A stretch of DNA of 64,000 nucleotides, from NCBI GenBank assembly GCA_032654565.1, contig JAULAX010000015.1:480001-544000 (forward strand), given 5' to 3'. Of this stretch, positions 42,093 to 51,557 are shown piece by piece. Below the pieces are notes generated by a model. That model worked only from the letters and a program-made list of their open reading frames with translations. It had not been told where the DNA came from and searched no databases. Positions within the stretch are counted from its first letter, which is position 1; every line of letters starts with the position of its first letter. The translations under genes were made by a program, and so were the position numbers. The stretch comes from Anaeromyxobacteraceae bacterium. GTDB lineage: Bacteria > Myxococcota > Myxococcia > Myxococcales > Anaeromyxobacteraceae.

Positions 42093-42320
42093 GTGGCGAC
42101 CAACCTGACCAAGATCGACTGCATCGGGATGCGCTGTCCGCAGCCGGTCCTCAAGCTGGCCGTGGAGACCGCCGAGACCCCGGCCGGCACCGTCGTCGAG
42201 ATCACCGGCGACTGCCCCACCTTCGAGAAGGACATCCGGACCTTCTGCGAGCGGCGCAAGAAGACCCTGCTGGCGGTCCGCGCCGACGGGCAGAAGACGG
42301 TCATCCTCATCCAGTACTGA
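42093..42320 (+). CDS. tusA: TusA-family sulfur carrier
   Basis: DCIGMRCPQP (CPxP); GAGGAGG RBS before the GTG. Confidence 0.85.
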   Translation: MATNLTKIDCIGMRCPQPVLKLAVETAETPAGTVVEITGDCPTFEKDIRTFCERRKKTLLAVRADGQKTVILIQY

Positions 42321-42324
42321 TGGT

Positions 42325-44292
42325 GTGAGCCCGACGCCACCGCCCGGACCCGCCGCGGCCCCGCCCGAGCCGGCACCTGGCCGGATCGGCCTCGTCCTCT
42401 GCCGCTGCGGCCCCAACCTCTTCAACCTCATCGAGCTCGGCCCGCTCGAGGCCGCCGCACGCTGGCCCGAGGTGGCGGCGGTGGCGGTGCAGGGGGTCCT
42501 CTGCGGCGAGGAGGGGCAGGCCTGGCTGGCCGGCTGGCTGCGCGCCGAGCGGCTCGACCGGCTGGTGATCGCCGCCTGCTCGCCGCGGGAGCACGAGCTG
42601 ACCTTCCGCGCCGTGATGGCCCGGGCCGGGCTCAACCCCTACCTGCTGCAGCTGGTCAACCTGCGCGAGCAGGTGGAGTGGATCGGCGGCGAGCCGGAGG
42701 CGGCCACCGCCCGCGCCGAGCGGCTGATCCGCGCCGGGCTGGCCCGGGTGGCCCACCACCGGCCCCGCGAGCAGCGCACCGCCGACGTCAACGCCGACGT
42801 GGTGGTGGTGGGCGGCGGGGCGGCCGGGGTGGCGGCGGCGCTGGGGCTGGCCCGCAAGGACCGCAAGGTGCTGCTGCTGGAGCGGTCGCCGGCGCTGGGC
42901 GGCCTGGCGGCGCAGCTCGACGAGATCTTCCCCGACCACGTCTGCGCCTCCTGCTTCCTCGAGCCGGCGCTCGACGAGGTGCTCCACCACGACCGCGTCG
43001 AGGTGGTCACCGGGGCCACGGTGACGCGGGTGCGCGGCGCGGCCGGCGCCTTCGAGGTCACGGCGGCGCTGGCGCCCCGCTTCGTCGACGGCGAGCGGTG
43101 CATCGGCTGCGGCCAGTGCAGCCTGCTCTGCCCGGTGGAGGTGGTCGATCCCTGGGCCGCCGGGCTGGGGCGGCGAAAGGCCATCGCCGCCGCCTACCCG
43201 GGGAGCCTGCCGCACGTGGCGGTGCTGGACGCCGCCGCCTGCCTGCACCACCGCGACGGCAGCTGCGACGCCTGCCAGGTGGGCTGCGGCTTCGACGCCA
43301 TCCGGCTCGACGCCCGGGCCGAGGAGCGGACCTTCCACGCCGGCGCCCTGGTGCTGGCCACCGGCTTCCTGCCCGGGCCGGTGGCCGGCCCGCCCGGCGT
43401 CCTCTCCAGCTGGCAGCTGGAGCGGCTGCTCCACCCCGGCGGCCCCACCGGCGGGCAGCTCGCCCTGGCCGGCCGCCCCGCGCCCGCCTCGGTGCTGCTG
43501 GCCTCCACCGCCGGCGACGCCGACGGCCCCCTGCCGTCGCGCGAGCTGCTCAAGCTGGCGCGCGGCCTGCGCCGCCGCTGGCCGGCGCTGGCGGTGGCGG
43601 TGGCCGGGGGGCTCTCGCGGACGCCGGGGCTGCACGCCGAGGCCCGGGCCGCGGCCGAGGAGGGGGTGGAGCTGCTCGAGGAGGAGCTGCGGCCGGACGG
43701 GCTCGGGTCCGACGGCGGCGCGGTGTCGGCGCGGCTGGCCAGCGGGCTCCTGGAGCAGGAGCGGCGCTTCGACCTGGTGGTCCTCCACGCCGCCTCGACG
43801 CCCGCCGACGGGGCCGCGGCGCTGGCGGGGCTGCTGCGGCTCGACCGCGACGCCCGCGGCTTCCTCACGGAGGGGTCGGCCAACCCGTTCGAGCCCACCG
43901 CCACCCGCCGGGCCGGCGTCTTCGTGGCCGGGGCCGCCGCCGGGCCGCGCTCCATCCGCGAGGCCATCCGCGACGGGGCCGCCGCCGCCGGGCGGGTGCT
44001 GGCCACGCTGGTGCCGGGCGAGCGGCTGGCGCTCCAGCCGCTGGCCGCCGAGATCGATCTCGCCACCTGCGGCGGCTGCGGCACCTGCGTCGCCACCTGC
44101 CCGTACCACGCCGTGGTCCGCGACCCGGTCACCCGGGCGCTGCAGGTCGAGCCGGCCGCCTGCCACGCCTGTGGCGGCTGCGCCGCCGCCTGCCCCACCG
44201 GCGCGGCCAGCGCCCCCCACGCCACCCGCGCCCAGCTGGCCGCCGAGATCTCGGCGCTGCTGGCCGCCGCCCGGCCCGGGGCCACGCCGTGA
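42325..44292 (+). CDS. hdrA: heterodisulfide reductase subunit A-like flavoprotein (divergent)
   Basis: CRCGPN...ACSPREHE, NLREQVEW, GGGAAG FAD motif, two 2x[4Fe-4S] ferredoxin modules. Confidence 0.88.
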   Translation: MSPTPPPGPAAAPPEPAPGRIGLVLCRCGPNLFNLIELGPLEAAARWPEVAAVAVQGVLCGEEGQAWLAGWLRAERLDRLVIAACSPREHELTFRAVMARAGLNPYLLQLVNLREQVEWIGGEPEAATARAERLIRAGLARVAHHRPREQRTADVNADVVVVGGGAAGVAAALGLARKDRKVLLLERSPALGGLAAQLDEIFPDHVCASCFLEPALDEVLHHDRVEVVTGATVTRVRGAAGAFEVTAALAPRFVDGERCIGCGQCSLLCPVEVVDPWAAGLGRRKAIAAAYPGSLPHVAVLDAAACLHHRDGSCDACQVGCGFDAIRLDARAEERTFHAGALVLATGFLPGPVAGPPGVLSSWQLERLLHPGGPTGGQLALAGRPAPASVLLASTAGDADGPLPSRELLKLARGLRRRWPALAVAVAGGLSRTPGLHAEARAAAEEGVELLEEELRPDGLGSDGGAVSARLASGLLEQERRFDLVVLHAASTPADGAAALAGLLRLDRDARGFLTEGSANPFEPTATRRAGVFVAGAAAGPRSIREAIRDGAAAAGRVLATLVPGERLALQPLAAEIDLATCGGCGTCVATCPYHAVVRDPVTRALQVEPAACHACGGCAAACPTGAASAPHATRAQLAAEISALLAAARPGATP

Positions 44293-45755
44293 GCCCCGCC
44301 CCGCGCATCGTCGCCTTCCTCTGCGAGTGGTGCGCCTACGCCGCCGCCGACAAGGCCGGCGCCTCGCACCAGCCCTACCCGCAGACGCTGCTCACCGTGC
44401 GCGTCCCCTGCACCGGGCGGGTCGAGCCGGCCATGGTGCTGCAGGCCTTCCGCGAGGGGGCCGACGGCGTGCTGGTGGGCGGCTGCCACCCCGGCGACTG
44501 CCACCACGTCGACGGCAACCTGCGGGCGGCGGCGCGGCTGACGCTGCTCGGCCGGGCGCTGGAGCAGGCGGCCATCCCGCCGACCCGGCTGCGGGTGGAG
44601 TGGGTGGGGGCGGCCGAGGGGGCGCGCTTCGCCGAGGTGGCGACGCAGCTGACCGCCGAGCTGGCGGCGCTCGGGCCGCTCGACTACCCGGGGCGGGCCC
44701 TCCACTCCATCGACGACGCCCTGCAGGTGGCGCCGTCGCGCCTGCACCAGCTGGAGGAGGCGGGCCCGGCGCCGCGGGCGCCCGGCAAGCCGCGGGTGGC
44801 CTTCTACTGGAACGCCTCCTGCGGCGGCTGCGAGGAGGCGGTGGTCGACCTCGGCGAGGGCTTCGCCGAGCTGGCGGCCCGCGTCGAGATCGTGCTCTGG
44901 CCGGTGGCCCTCGACACCAAGAAGGCCGACGTCGAGGCCATGCCCGACGGCCACATCGACGTGGCCTTCCTGAACGGCGCCATCCGGCTCGACGAGCAGG
45001 ACCACTGGGCGGTGCTGCTGCGGCGCAAGGCGCGCACCGTGGTGGCCTTCGGCGCCTGCGCCCACCTCGGCGGGGTGGTCGGCCTCGGCAACCTCTCCGA
45101 GCCGGAGGCGCTGCTCACCACCGCCTACCGCGACCAGCCGAGCGTCTCCAACCCGCAGCAGGTGCTGCCGGGGCGGCCGGTGCAGGCCGGCGGCCACGAG
45201 ATCACGCTGCCGGCGCTGCTCTCCCGCACGCTGCCGCTGGGGGCGGCGGTGCCGGTGGACTTCACCATCCCCGGCTGCCCGCCCTCGCCCGCCGTCATCG
45301 GGGCGGCCGTCGACCTGCTGCTCGGCGGAGGAGCGCTGCCGCCGCCGGGGTCGGTGCTGGCGCCCAACGCCTCGCTCTGCGACTCCTGCCCGCGCAACGG
45401 CTCGCGCCCGGAGCGGCTGCAGCTCACCGCGCTGGCCCGGCTCGCCACCACCCAGCCTGACGAGGCCACCTGCTTCCTGGCCCAGGGGCTGGTCTGCCAC
45501 GGGCCGGCCACCCGCCAGGGCTGCCAGCCCGGCTGCGTCGAGGCCAACATGCCCTGCCGCGGCTGCTTCGGGCCGCTCGACGGCGTGGTCGACGGCGGCG
45601 CCGCCATGCTCTCGGCCTTCGCCTCGCTCTTCGCCGGCGATCTCGCCACCCAGCGGGCCATGGCCGAGAGCCTCCCCGATCCGGCCGGCACCTTCTGGCG
45701 CTACGGGCTGGCGGCGGCGCTGCTGCCGCGGCGCCTGCCGGAGCGCGCGCCATGA
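44289..45755 (+). CDS. MvhD (2Fe-2S) - MvhG (hydrogenase small subunit) fusion
   Basis: FLCEWCAY, RVPCTGRV, GCHPGDCH (MvhD), then in frame ASCGGC, FGACA, PGCPP, CFLAQG..CHGPATR (MvhG). Confidence 0.9.
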   Translation: MSPAPRIVAFLCEWCAYAAADKAGASHQPYPQTLLTVRVPCTGRVEPAMVLQAFREGADGVLVGGCHPGDCHHVDGNLRAAARLTLLGRALEQAAIPPTRLRVEWVGAAEGARFAEVATQLTAELAALGPLDYPGRALHSIDDALQVAPSRLHQLEEAGPAPRAPGKPRVAFYWNASCGGCEEAVVDLGEGFAELAARVEIVLWPVALDTKKADVEAMPDGHIDVAFLNGAIRLDEQDHWAVLLRRKARTVVAFGACAHLGGVVGLGNLSEPEALLTTAYRDQPSVSNPQQVLPGRPVQAGGHEITLPALLSRTLPLGAAVPVDFTIPGCPPSPAVIGAAVDLLLGGGALPPPGSVLAPNASLCDSCPRNGSRPERLQLTALARLATTQPDEATCFLAQGLVCHGPATRQGCQPGCVEANMPCRGCFGPLDGVVDGGAAMLSAFASLFAGDLATQRAMAESLPDPAGTFWRYGLAAALLPRRLPERAP

Positions 45756-47236
45756 CGCGACGGATCACCATCGACCCCATCACCCGGCTGGAGGGGCACG
45801 GCAAGGTGGAGATCCTGCTCGACGAGCAGGGGAACGCCCAGCACGCCTTCCTGCAGGTCCCGGAGCTGCGCGGCTTCGAGCGGTTCTGCGTGGGGCGCCC
45901 CGTCGAGGAGATGCCGCAGCTCACCGCCCATGTCTGCGGGGTCTGCCCGGCCGCCCACCACCTGGCCTCGGTGCGGGCCCTCGACGCCCTCTCCGGCGTC
46001 ACCCCGCCGCCGGCGGCGCTGGCGCTGCAGCGGCTCTACTACGACCTCTTCATCTTCGAGGACCACCTCCTCCACTACTGGTACATGGGCGGGCCGGACT
46101 TCATCGTCGGCCCCAAGGCCCCGGCGCCGCTGCGCAACATCCTCGGGGTGCTGGCCCGGGTGGGCGAGTCGCTGGGCAAGCGCATCCTCTCGGTCCGCAA
46201 GGAGGCGCGGGACCTGATGGCCGCCATCAGCGGCCGCACCGTCCACCCGGTCTTCGCCCTCCCCGGCGGCTGCTCCCGCCCCATGCCGGCCGAGGCGCTG
46301 GCCCAGCTGCGCGAGGCGGCGCCGCGGCTGGTGCAGTTCTCGGTGGACACGCTGGCGTCGTTCCGGGCGGCGGTGCTGGAGCAGCGCGAGTACCTCTCGG
46401 CCATCGGCAGCGAGGTCTACCGGCTGCGGACCCACTCGATGGGGATGGTGGACGAGGCCGGGCAGCTCACCTTCCTGGACGGCACGCTGCGGGTGATCGA
46501 CACCGGCGGCGCCGAGACGCTGCGCTTCGCGCCGCGCGACTACCTCGAGCACCTGGCCGAGCGGGTCGAGCCCTGGACCTACGCCAAGTTCACCTTCCTG
46601 AAGTCGAAGGGGTGGACCGGATTCACCGAGGGTGACGAGAGCGGCCTCTACCGGGTCGGGCCGCTGGCCCGGCTCAACGTGGCGACCGCCATGGCCACGC
46701 CGCTGGCCGAGGCGGAGCGGCAGCGGCTCTTCGGGACCCTGGGCTGGCCGGCCCACCAGACCCTGGCCTTCCACTGGGCCCGCCTGGTCGAGGCGCTGCA
46801 GGCGGCCGAGCGGGTGGCGGCGGCGGTGGACGACCCGCTGCTGGCCTCGCGCGACGTCCGCAACGTGCCCCGGCCGCTCACCGGCCCAGCCGAGGGGGTG
46901 GGCGTGGTCGAGGCCCCGCGCGGCACGCTCATCCACCACTACCGGTGCGGCGCCGACGGGCTGCTCACCGCGGTCAACCTGGTGGTGGCCTCGCAGCACA
47001 ACGCCGCCCCGGTGCAGGTCTCGGTCCGCAAGGCGGCGCGCGGCCTGATCCGCAACGGGGTGGTCAACGACGGGCTGCTCAACCAGCTGGAGATGGCCTT
47101 CCGCGCCTACGACCCGTGCAACGCCTGCGCCTCCCACGCCCTGCCGGGGGAGCTGCCGCTGCTGGTGACGGTGAAGGACGCGCGCGGCGCGGTGGTCGAG
47201 GTGCTCCGGCGGCGGGTCCCCGAAGAGCAGCCGTGA
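45752..47236 (+). CDS. mvhA: [NiFe]-hydrogenase large subunit, MvhA/group 3c type
   Basis: ITRLEGHG, ELRGFE, CGVC, EAPRGTLIHHY, RAYDPCNACASH plus a cleavable C-terminal tail. Confidence 0.93.
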   Translation: MTRRITIDPITRLEGHGKVEILLDEQGNAQHAFLQVPELRGFERFCVGRPVEEMPQLTAHVCGVCPAAHHLASVRALDALSGVTPPPAALALQRLYYDLFIFEDHLLHYWYMGGPDFIVGPKAPAPLRNILGVLARVGESLGKRILSVRKEARDLMAAISGRTVHPVFALPGGCSRPMPAEALAQLREAAPRLVQFSVDTLASFRAAVLEQREYLSAIGSEVYRLRTHSMGMVDEAGQLTFLDGTLRVIDTGGAETLRFAPRDYLEHLAERVEPWTYAKFTFLKSKGWTGFTEGDESGLYRVGPLARLNVATAMATPLAEAERQRLFGTLGWPAHQTLAFHWARLVEALQAAERVAAAVDDPLLASRDVRNVPRPLTGPAEGVGVVEAPRGTLIHHYRCGADGLLTAVNLVVASQHNAAPVQVSVRKAARGLIRNGVVNDGLLNQLEMAFRAYDPCNACASHALPGELPLLVTVKDARGAVVEVLRRRVPEEQP

Positions 47237-47760
47237 GAGGCCCGGTGGCGCCCACGCCCACGCCCGAGACCTCGTCCCTGGCCGCTGCACCGGGGCGGCG
47301 CGGCGCCCTGCTGGTCCTCTGCCTGGGCAACCCGCTGCGGAGCGACGACGCCGTGGCGCTCCACGTGGCGCGCCTGCTCGAGGCGGCCCCGCTGCCGGGC
47401 GTGACCGTCAAGGTGAGCGCCCGGGCCGGGCTCTACCTGCTCGACGACATGGAGGGGTTCGACCGGGTGGTGGTGGTCGACGCCATCCAGACCGGCCAGC
47501 ACCCGCCCGGCACCGTCCACCAGCTCCCGCTCGAGGCGCTCCACTCGCCGGCCGGGCCGTCGCCGCACGCCGTGGGGCTGCCCTCGGCGCTGGCGCTGGC
47601 GCGGGCCGCCGGGGCGCCGGTGCCGGAGCGGGTGGAGCTGGTGCTCATCGAGGCCGAGGTGATGGACCTGGTCGGCGAGGGGCTGACGCCCGGGGTGGCG
47701 GCGGCGGTGGGGCCGGCGGTCGAGGCGGTGCGGAGGGCGTGCGAGCGGCTCAGCCGGTGA
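47233..47760 (+). CDS. hydrogenase maturation protease
   Basis: LGNPLRSDDAVA, VVVDA, SPHAVGL. Confidence 0.9.
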   Translation: MRGPVAPTPTPETSSLAAAPGRRGALLVLCLGNPLRSDDAVALHVARLLEAAPLPGVTVKVSARAGLYLLDDMEGFDRVVVVDAIQTGQHPPGTVHQLPLEALHSPAGPSPHAVGLPSALALARAAGAPVPERVELVLIEAEVMDLVGEGLTPGVAAAVGPAVEAVRRACERLSR

Positions 47761-47791
47761 CGGTGCGGGCCTTGGTCTTCTGCTCGGCCAT
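47750..47791 (-). CDS. 13-aa small ORF MAEQKTKARTVTG
   Basis: GAGGAG RBS 6 nt upstream; host-like codons. Confidence 0.35.
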   Translation of the reverse strand: MAEQKTKARTVTG

Positions 47792-47922
47792 GGAGGGCTC
47801 CTCGGTGGGCGAGGAGGTACCTGGCGCGGGAGGGGGGCCGCGGGCCAGAGAATCGGTCGCGCCGGTGGGAGCGCCGGACGGGGAGCGGAGCGCAGGGGCG
47901 GCGTTGCCGGTCGGCGAGCGGA

Positions 47923-48006
47923 AGGCGTTGTGAAAGGTCCGCGGGGGCGGGCGGTGCCGACCAGCCAGCGAGAGGCGTTGCGAAGAGGTCCGCGGCGGCG
48001 GGCGGT
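47923..48006. repeat. two imperfect ~34-bp direct repeats AGGCGTTG(T/C)GAA(G)AGGTCCGCGG(G/C)GGCGGGCGGT
   Basis: 47923-47955 and 47973-48006, period 50. Confidence 0.75.
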
Positions 48007-48334
48007 TTCGCGGAGGGCGCGGGCGGGGTCAGTCCAAACGTTTGGAGTCGCTACAGCCTCCGTCCAGGCAGGTTCAGTCTGAACCGCAAATGACCCATCC
48101 CGAACGAGGTCCCTCATTTGCAACTTTGGGCGCCCAAAATGACTCTAAGTCCGTGTCGCTCGACAACCGCTTGCATTGACTGCGGTTGTTCTGTGTTTGA
48201 CCGTGAGTCCGTTTCTGACGTCAGAACTCGCGAAGGCGAGGCGGCGGGGCGGGACGTGGCGGGAAGGTCGGACGTCTCGCAGCGCCCGACGCCCTTGAGG
48301 AGGTCCTGTGTTGCGCGGCCTGAAGGCCGCGCGA

Positions 48335-49024
48335 TCAGTGCTTCACCCCGTGGAACAACCGGTCCCACCTCGGCCCGTGCGGCCCCCAGGAGAAGAGCGC
48401 CACCCAGGCCCGCCCCTTGACCCGCCCCACCGGCACCGGCCCGAAGACGCGGCTGTCGGCGGAGTGGTCGCGGTGATCGCCGGCCAGGAAGACGTACCCC
48501 TCGGGCACCACCTGGCGGGGGACATCGCCGCAGGGGCGCTCCGGCGTGCAGTGGGTGTGGTAGGCGTGGGCCTCGAGCATCTCCACGAAGTCGGTGCAGG
48601 GCTCCTCGACCCAGCCGCCGCGCTCGGGCCGGTTCCAGTAGCTGCACGGGCCGGGCACCGGCTGGCGCTGCACCGGCCGCTCGTTGACCACCAGCCGGCC
48701 GTCGCGGATCTCCACCACGTCGCCGCCCACGCCCACCACCCGCTTGATCAGGTCGTCGGCGTTGGGGCCGCCGTTGGGGTTGAGGAAGACCACGATGTCG
48801 CCGCGGCCGGGGGTGGACCAGTTGAGCTGGGCGGTGTCGGTGAAGGGGAGGCGGGCGCCGTAGGCCCACTTCTCCACCACCACGTAGTCGCCGATCTGCA
48901 GCGTCGGCAGCATCGAGCCGGAGGGGATGTAGACCGCCTCGAAGAGGAAGGTCCGGAAGGCCAGCACCGCGAGGATGGTGAAGACCCAGCCCTTCACCTC
49001 GCTCTTCAACTTGTCGCGATCCAC
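48335..49024 (-). CDS. lepB: signal peptidase I
   Basis: IPSGSMLPTL, IKRVVG, GDHRDHSADSR. Confidence 0.93.
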   Translation of the reverse strand: MDRDKLKSEVKGWVFTILAVLAFRTFLFEAVYIPSGSMLPTLQIGDYVVVEKWAYGARLPFTDTAQLNWSTPGRGDIVVFLNPNGGPNADDLIKRVVGVGGDVVEIRDGRLVVNERPVQRQPVPGPCSYWNRPERGGWVEEPCTDFVEMLEAHAYHTHCTPERPCGDVPRQVVPEGYVFLAGDHRDHSADSRVFGPVPVGRVKGRAWVALFSWGPHGPRWDRLFHGVKH

Positions 49025-49038
49025 GCTGCCTGACGCTC

Positions 49039-50274
49039 CTATTCGGTCCGCATCGCCTCGACGGGGTCCAGCCGGGACGCCCGGGCGGCGGGGTAGATGC
49101 CGAAGAGCAGCCCGGCCCCGCACGCGACGAAGAGCGACAGTACCACCGCCCACGCAGGGATGCTCGTCGGAACGGACATCACCTCGCGGGCGAAGACGGC
49201 GATGCCGGCCCCCAGCAGCACACCGAGCAGGCCGCCCAGGGCCGAGAGTGTGATCGCCTCGATGAGGAACTGGCTGAGGATGCGGCGCCGGCGCGCCCCC
49301 AGCGCCTTGCGCACGCCGATCTCGCGGGTCCGCTCGGTCACCGAGACCAGCATGATGTTCATGATGCCGATGCCGCCCACCAGCAGCGCCAGGGCGCAGA
49401 CGCCCAGGCTGGCGGCGTTGATGATCAGCGCCAGGTTGTCGAACAACTGGTTGACCGAGTCGTTGGTGAAGTAGTCGAAGTCGCTCTCGTCCTGCGGGGC
49501 CACGCCGCGGAGCCGGCGGAGGGCGCCGACCACCTCGTCGATGGCCCTGGGCACGTCCTCGGCCGAGGTGGCGATGACCACCAGGTTGTTGTTCTCCACC
49601 CGGCCCATGGCGAGCTCGAAGGCGGGCCAGGGAAGCAGCACGTAGCCGTCCTTCGACTCAAGGCCCAGGATCGAGCCCATCCGCTCCGCCACCCCGATGA
49701 CCTCGAAGGTGGCCCCGTTGATCCGGATCTCCTGGTCGAGCGCCGCCGCCGGGTCGGGGAAGAGGATGTCGGCGACGTCCGCGCCGATGACCGCCACCTT
49801 GCGGGAGAGCTGGATGTCGGTGTCGTTGAGCATCCGCCCGGCCGCGAGCGCGACCGAGCGGGAGCGAGCCACGTCCGGGACCGCTCCGACCACGTCGATG
49901 ACCGGCTTGGTCGCACGCTGGCTCGTCGAGACCGCGAAGGGGCGCTGGTAGCTCTCCTCGATGCTCACCCCGGAGACATGGGGGAGCGACCGGAGCGCCT
50001 CCCCCATCTCGCGGGTGATGGGCTTGCGGGCCTCGTACTTGCGCCAGTCGTGGTCGCCGAAGCTCGGGGCCGGCCACTTGGAGACGGCGAAGGAGTCGCT
50101 CCCGAGCAAGGCGAGGTCGTTCTTCACCTTGAGCCGCAGCCCCTCGGTGAGCGACATCATGGCCACCACGGTCATGGCGCCGATGACGATGCCCAGCAGC
50201 GTGAGGGCCGAACGGAGCGGGTTGGACCGGAGGGTCCCAAACGCCATGGCCAGGTTGTCGAGGAAGCCGGTCAT
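49039..50274 (-). CDS. MacB-family ABC permease
   Basis: [41 protein letters not shown]. Confidence 0.92.
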   Translation of the reverse strand: MTGFLDNLAMAFGTLRSNPLRSALTLLGIVIGAMTVVAMMSLTEGLRLKVKNDLALLGSDSFAVSKWPAPSFGDHDWRKYEARKPITREMGEALRSLPHVSGVSIEESYQRPFAVSTSQRATKPVIDVVGAVPDVARSRSVALAAGRMLNDTDIQLSRKVAVIGADVADILFPDPAAALDQEIRINGATFEVIGVAERMGSILGLESKDGYVLLPWPAFELAMGRVENNNLVVIATSAEDVPRAIDEVVGALRRLRGVAPQDESDFDYFTNDSVNQLFDNLALIINAASLGVCALALLVGGIGIMNIMLVSVTERTREIGVRKALGARRRRILSQFLIEAITLSALGGLLGVLLGAGIAVFAREVMSVPTSIPAWAVVLSLFVACGAGLLFGIYPAARASRLDPVEAMRTE

Positions 50275-51557
50275 TCGTAGCGTAGTGCCTCCACGGGGTC
50301 GAGGTTGGCGGCCCGCCAGGCCGGCCAGGAGCCGAAGAGCAGCCCGACCACCGCCGAGAAGCCGAGCCCGAGCGCCACCGCTCCGGGGGTCACGGCGGCC
50401 GCGAGCGGGGTGGTGAGCGCCAGGAGCGAGGCGACGCCGAAGCCCAGCGCCGTCCCCACCGCGCCGCCGAGCAGTGAGACGAGCGAGGACTCGACGAGGA
50501 ACTGCAGGAGGATGGTGCGGCGCCGGGCCCCGAGCGCACGCCGCAGCCCGATCTCCCGCGTCCGCTCGGTCACCGAGACCAGCATGATGTTCATGATGCC
50601 GATGCCGCCCACGAGCAGGGTGATGAGCCCAACCCCGACGGCCACGCCGTAGAGCGCCCCGGTGAGCTGCTCGTAGAGGCGTCGCATCTGCTCCTGGCGG
50701 TTCACCGAGAAGTCGTCCGGCTTGCCGGGCGGAACCCGCCGCACCCGCCGCAGGATGCTGACGAGCTGGTCCTCGAGCGCCTTGACCTTGTCCGGCTCGG
50801 CGCTGACCGCGAGCGAGATGGTCCGCTTGGCGCCCATGTCGCGGAGGAAGGTGGTCCAGGGGAGGGTCGCCTCGGAGTCGAGGTCCAGCCCCATGAGCCG
50901 GCCGCGCCGGGCCTGCACCCCGATGACCGTCAAGGGGCGGCCCAGCACGCGGAGCCGCCGGCCCACCACCTCCTCGGCCGGAACGCCGGGGAAGAGCTTG
51001 TCGGCCAGGTTGGGCCCGAGCACCAGGACGCTCCGGGAGAGCTCCACGTCGGGCGCCGAGAGGAACCGCCCGGCCGCCACGGCGACGCCGTTGGCGATCT
51101 GGTAGTCCTCGTTGGTGCCGCGCACCCGCACCCGGGTGAGCTCGGCCTGGTCGGAGGTCAGCGTGGCGTCGAGCGAGACGAAGGGGGCCACCGCGGTGGC
51201 CAGGGAGGCCTCCCGGCTCACCGCCTCGAACTCGGCGCGCCCCATGTCCTTGCGGTTGCGCATCTCCCACCAGTCGTTGCCGGACGAGATCCACTTCCAC
51301 TTGCTCACGTAGAGCGTGTTGGCGCCCAGCCCGCCGACCTGGGTGGCGAAGCTCTGGTTGAGGCCGTCGATGATGGCCACGATGGCGATGACCGTCATGA
51401 CTCCGATGACGATGCCCATGGTGGTGAGGAAGGAGCGGAGCGTGTTGCTCACCAGGGAGGAGAGGGCGATGCGCAGACCCTCGCCCGTCTCGGAGACGAG
51501 GCGGGTCAGGCCGAGGCGGGCCCGACCGAGGCGGGTCGGTGGCCCCCCTCCCCTCAC
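50271..51557 (-). CDS. MacB-family ABC permease
   Basis: [44 protein letters not shown]; start uncertain. Confidence 0.9.
   Translation of the reverse strand: MRGGGPPTRLGRARLGLTRLVSETGEGLRIALSSLVSNTLRSFLTTMGIVIGVMTVIAIVAIIDGLNQSFATQVGGLGANTLYVSKWKWISSGNDWWEMRNRKDMGRAEFEAVSREASLATAVAPFVSLDATLTSDQAELTRVRVRGTNEDYQIANGVAVAAGRFLSAPDVELSRSVLVLGPNLADKLFPGVPAEEVVGRRLRVLGRPLTVIGVQARRGRLMGLDLDSEATLPWTTFLRDMGAKRTISLAVSAEPDKVKALEDQLVSILRRVRRVPPGKPDDFSVNRQEQMRRLYEQLTGALYGVAVGVGLITLLVGGIGIMNIMLVSVTERTREIGLRRALGARRRTILLQFLVESSLVSLLGGAVGTALGFGVASLLALTTPLAAAVTPGAVALGLGFSAVVGLLFGSWPAWRAANLDPVEALRYE

Noticed and set aside
42678..45755. 1025-aa ORF as an HdrA-MvhD-MvhG triple fusion
   Set aside because: HdrA is in a different frame and stops at 44292; MvhD motifs begin at GTG 44289
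42325..47236. Selenocysteine recoding in HdrA, MvhD or MvhA
   Set aside because: The relevant positions are Cys codons; no in-frame TGA
48116..48140. Minus-strand sigma54 promoter GGCGCCCAAAGTTGC
   Set aside because: Spacing is GG-N11-GC, one base too long
51495..51540. CGAGGCGGG(T/C)C repeats resembling the RAYT-associated repeat
   Set aside because: They lie in the 5' coding region of the permease (TRL/ARL repeats) and share only about 10 bp
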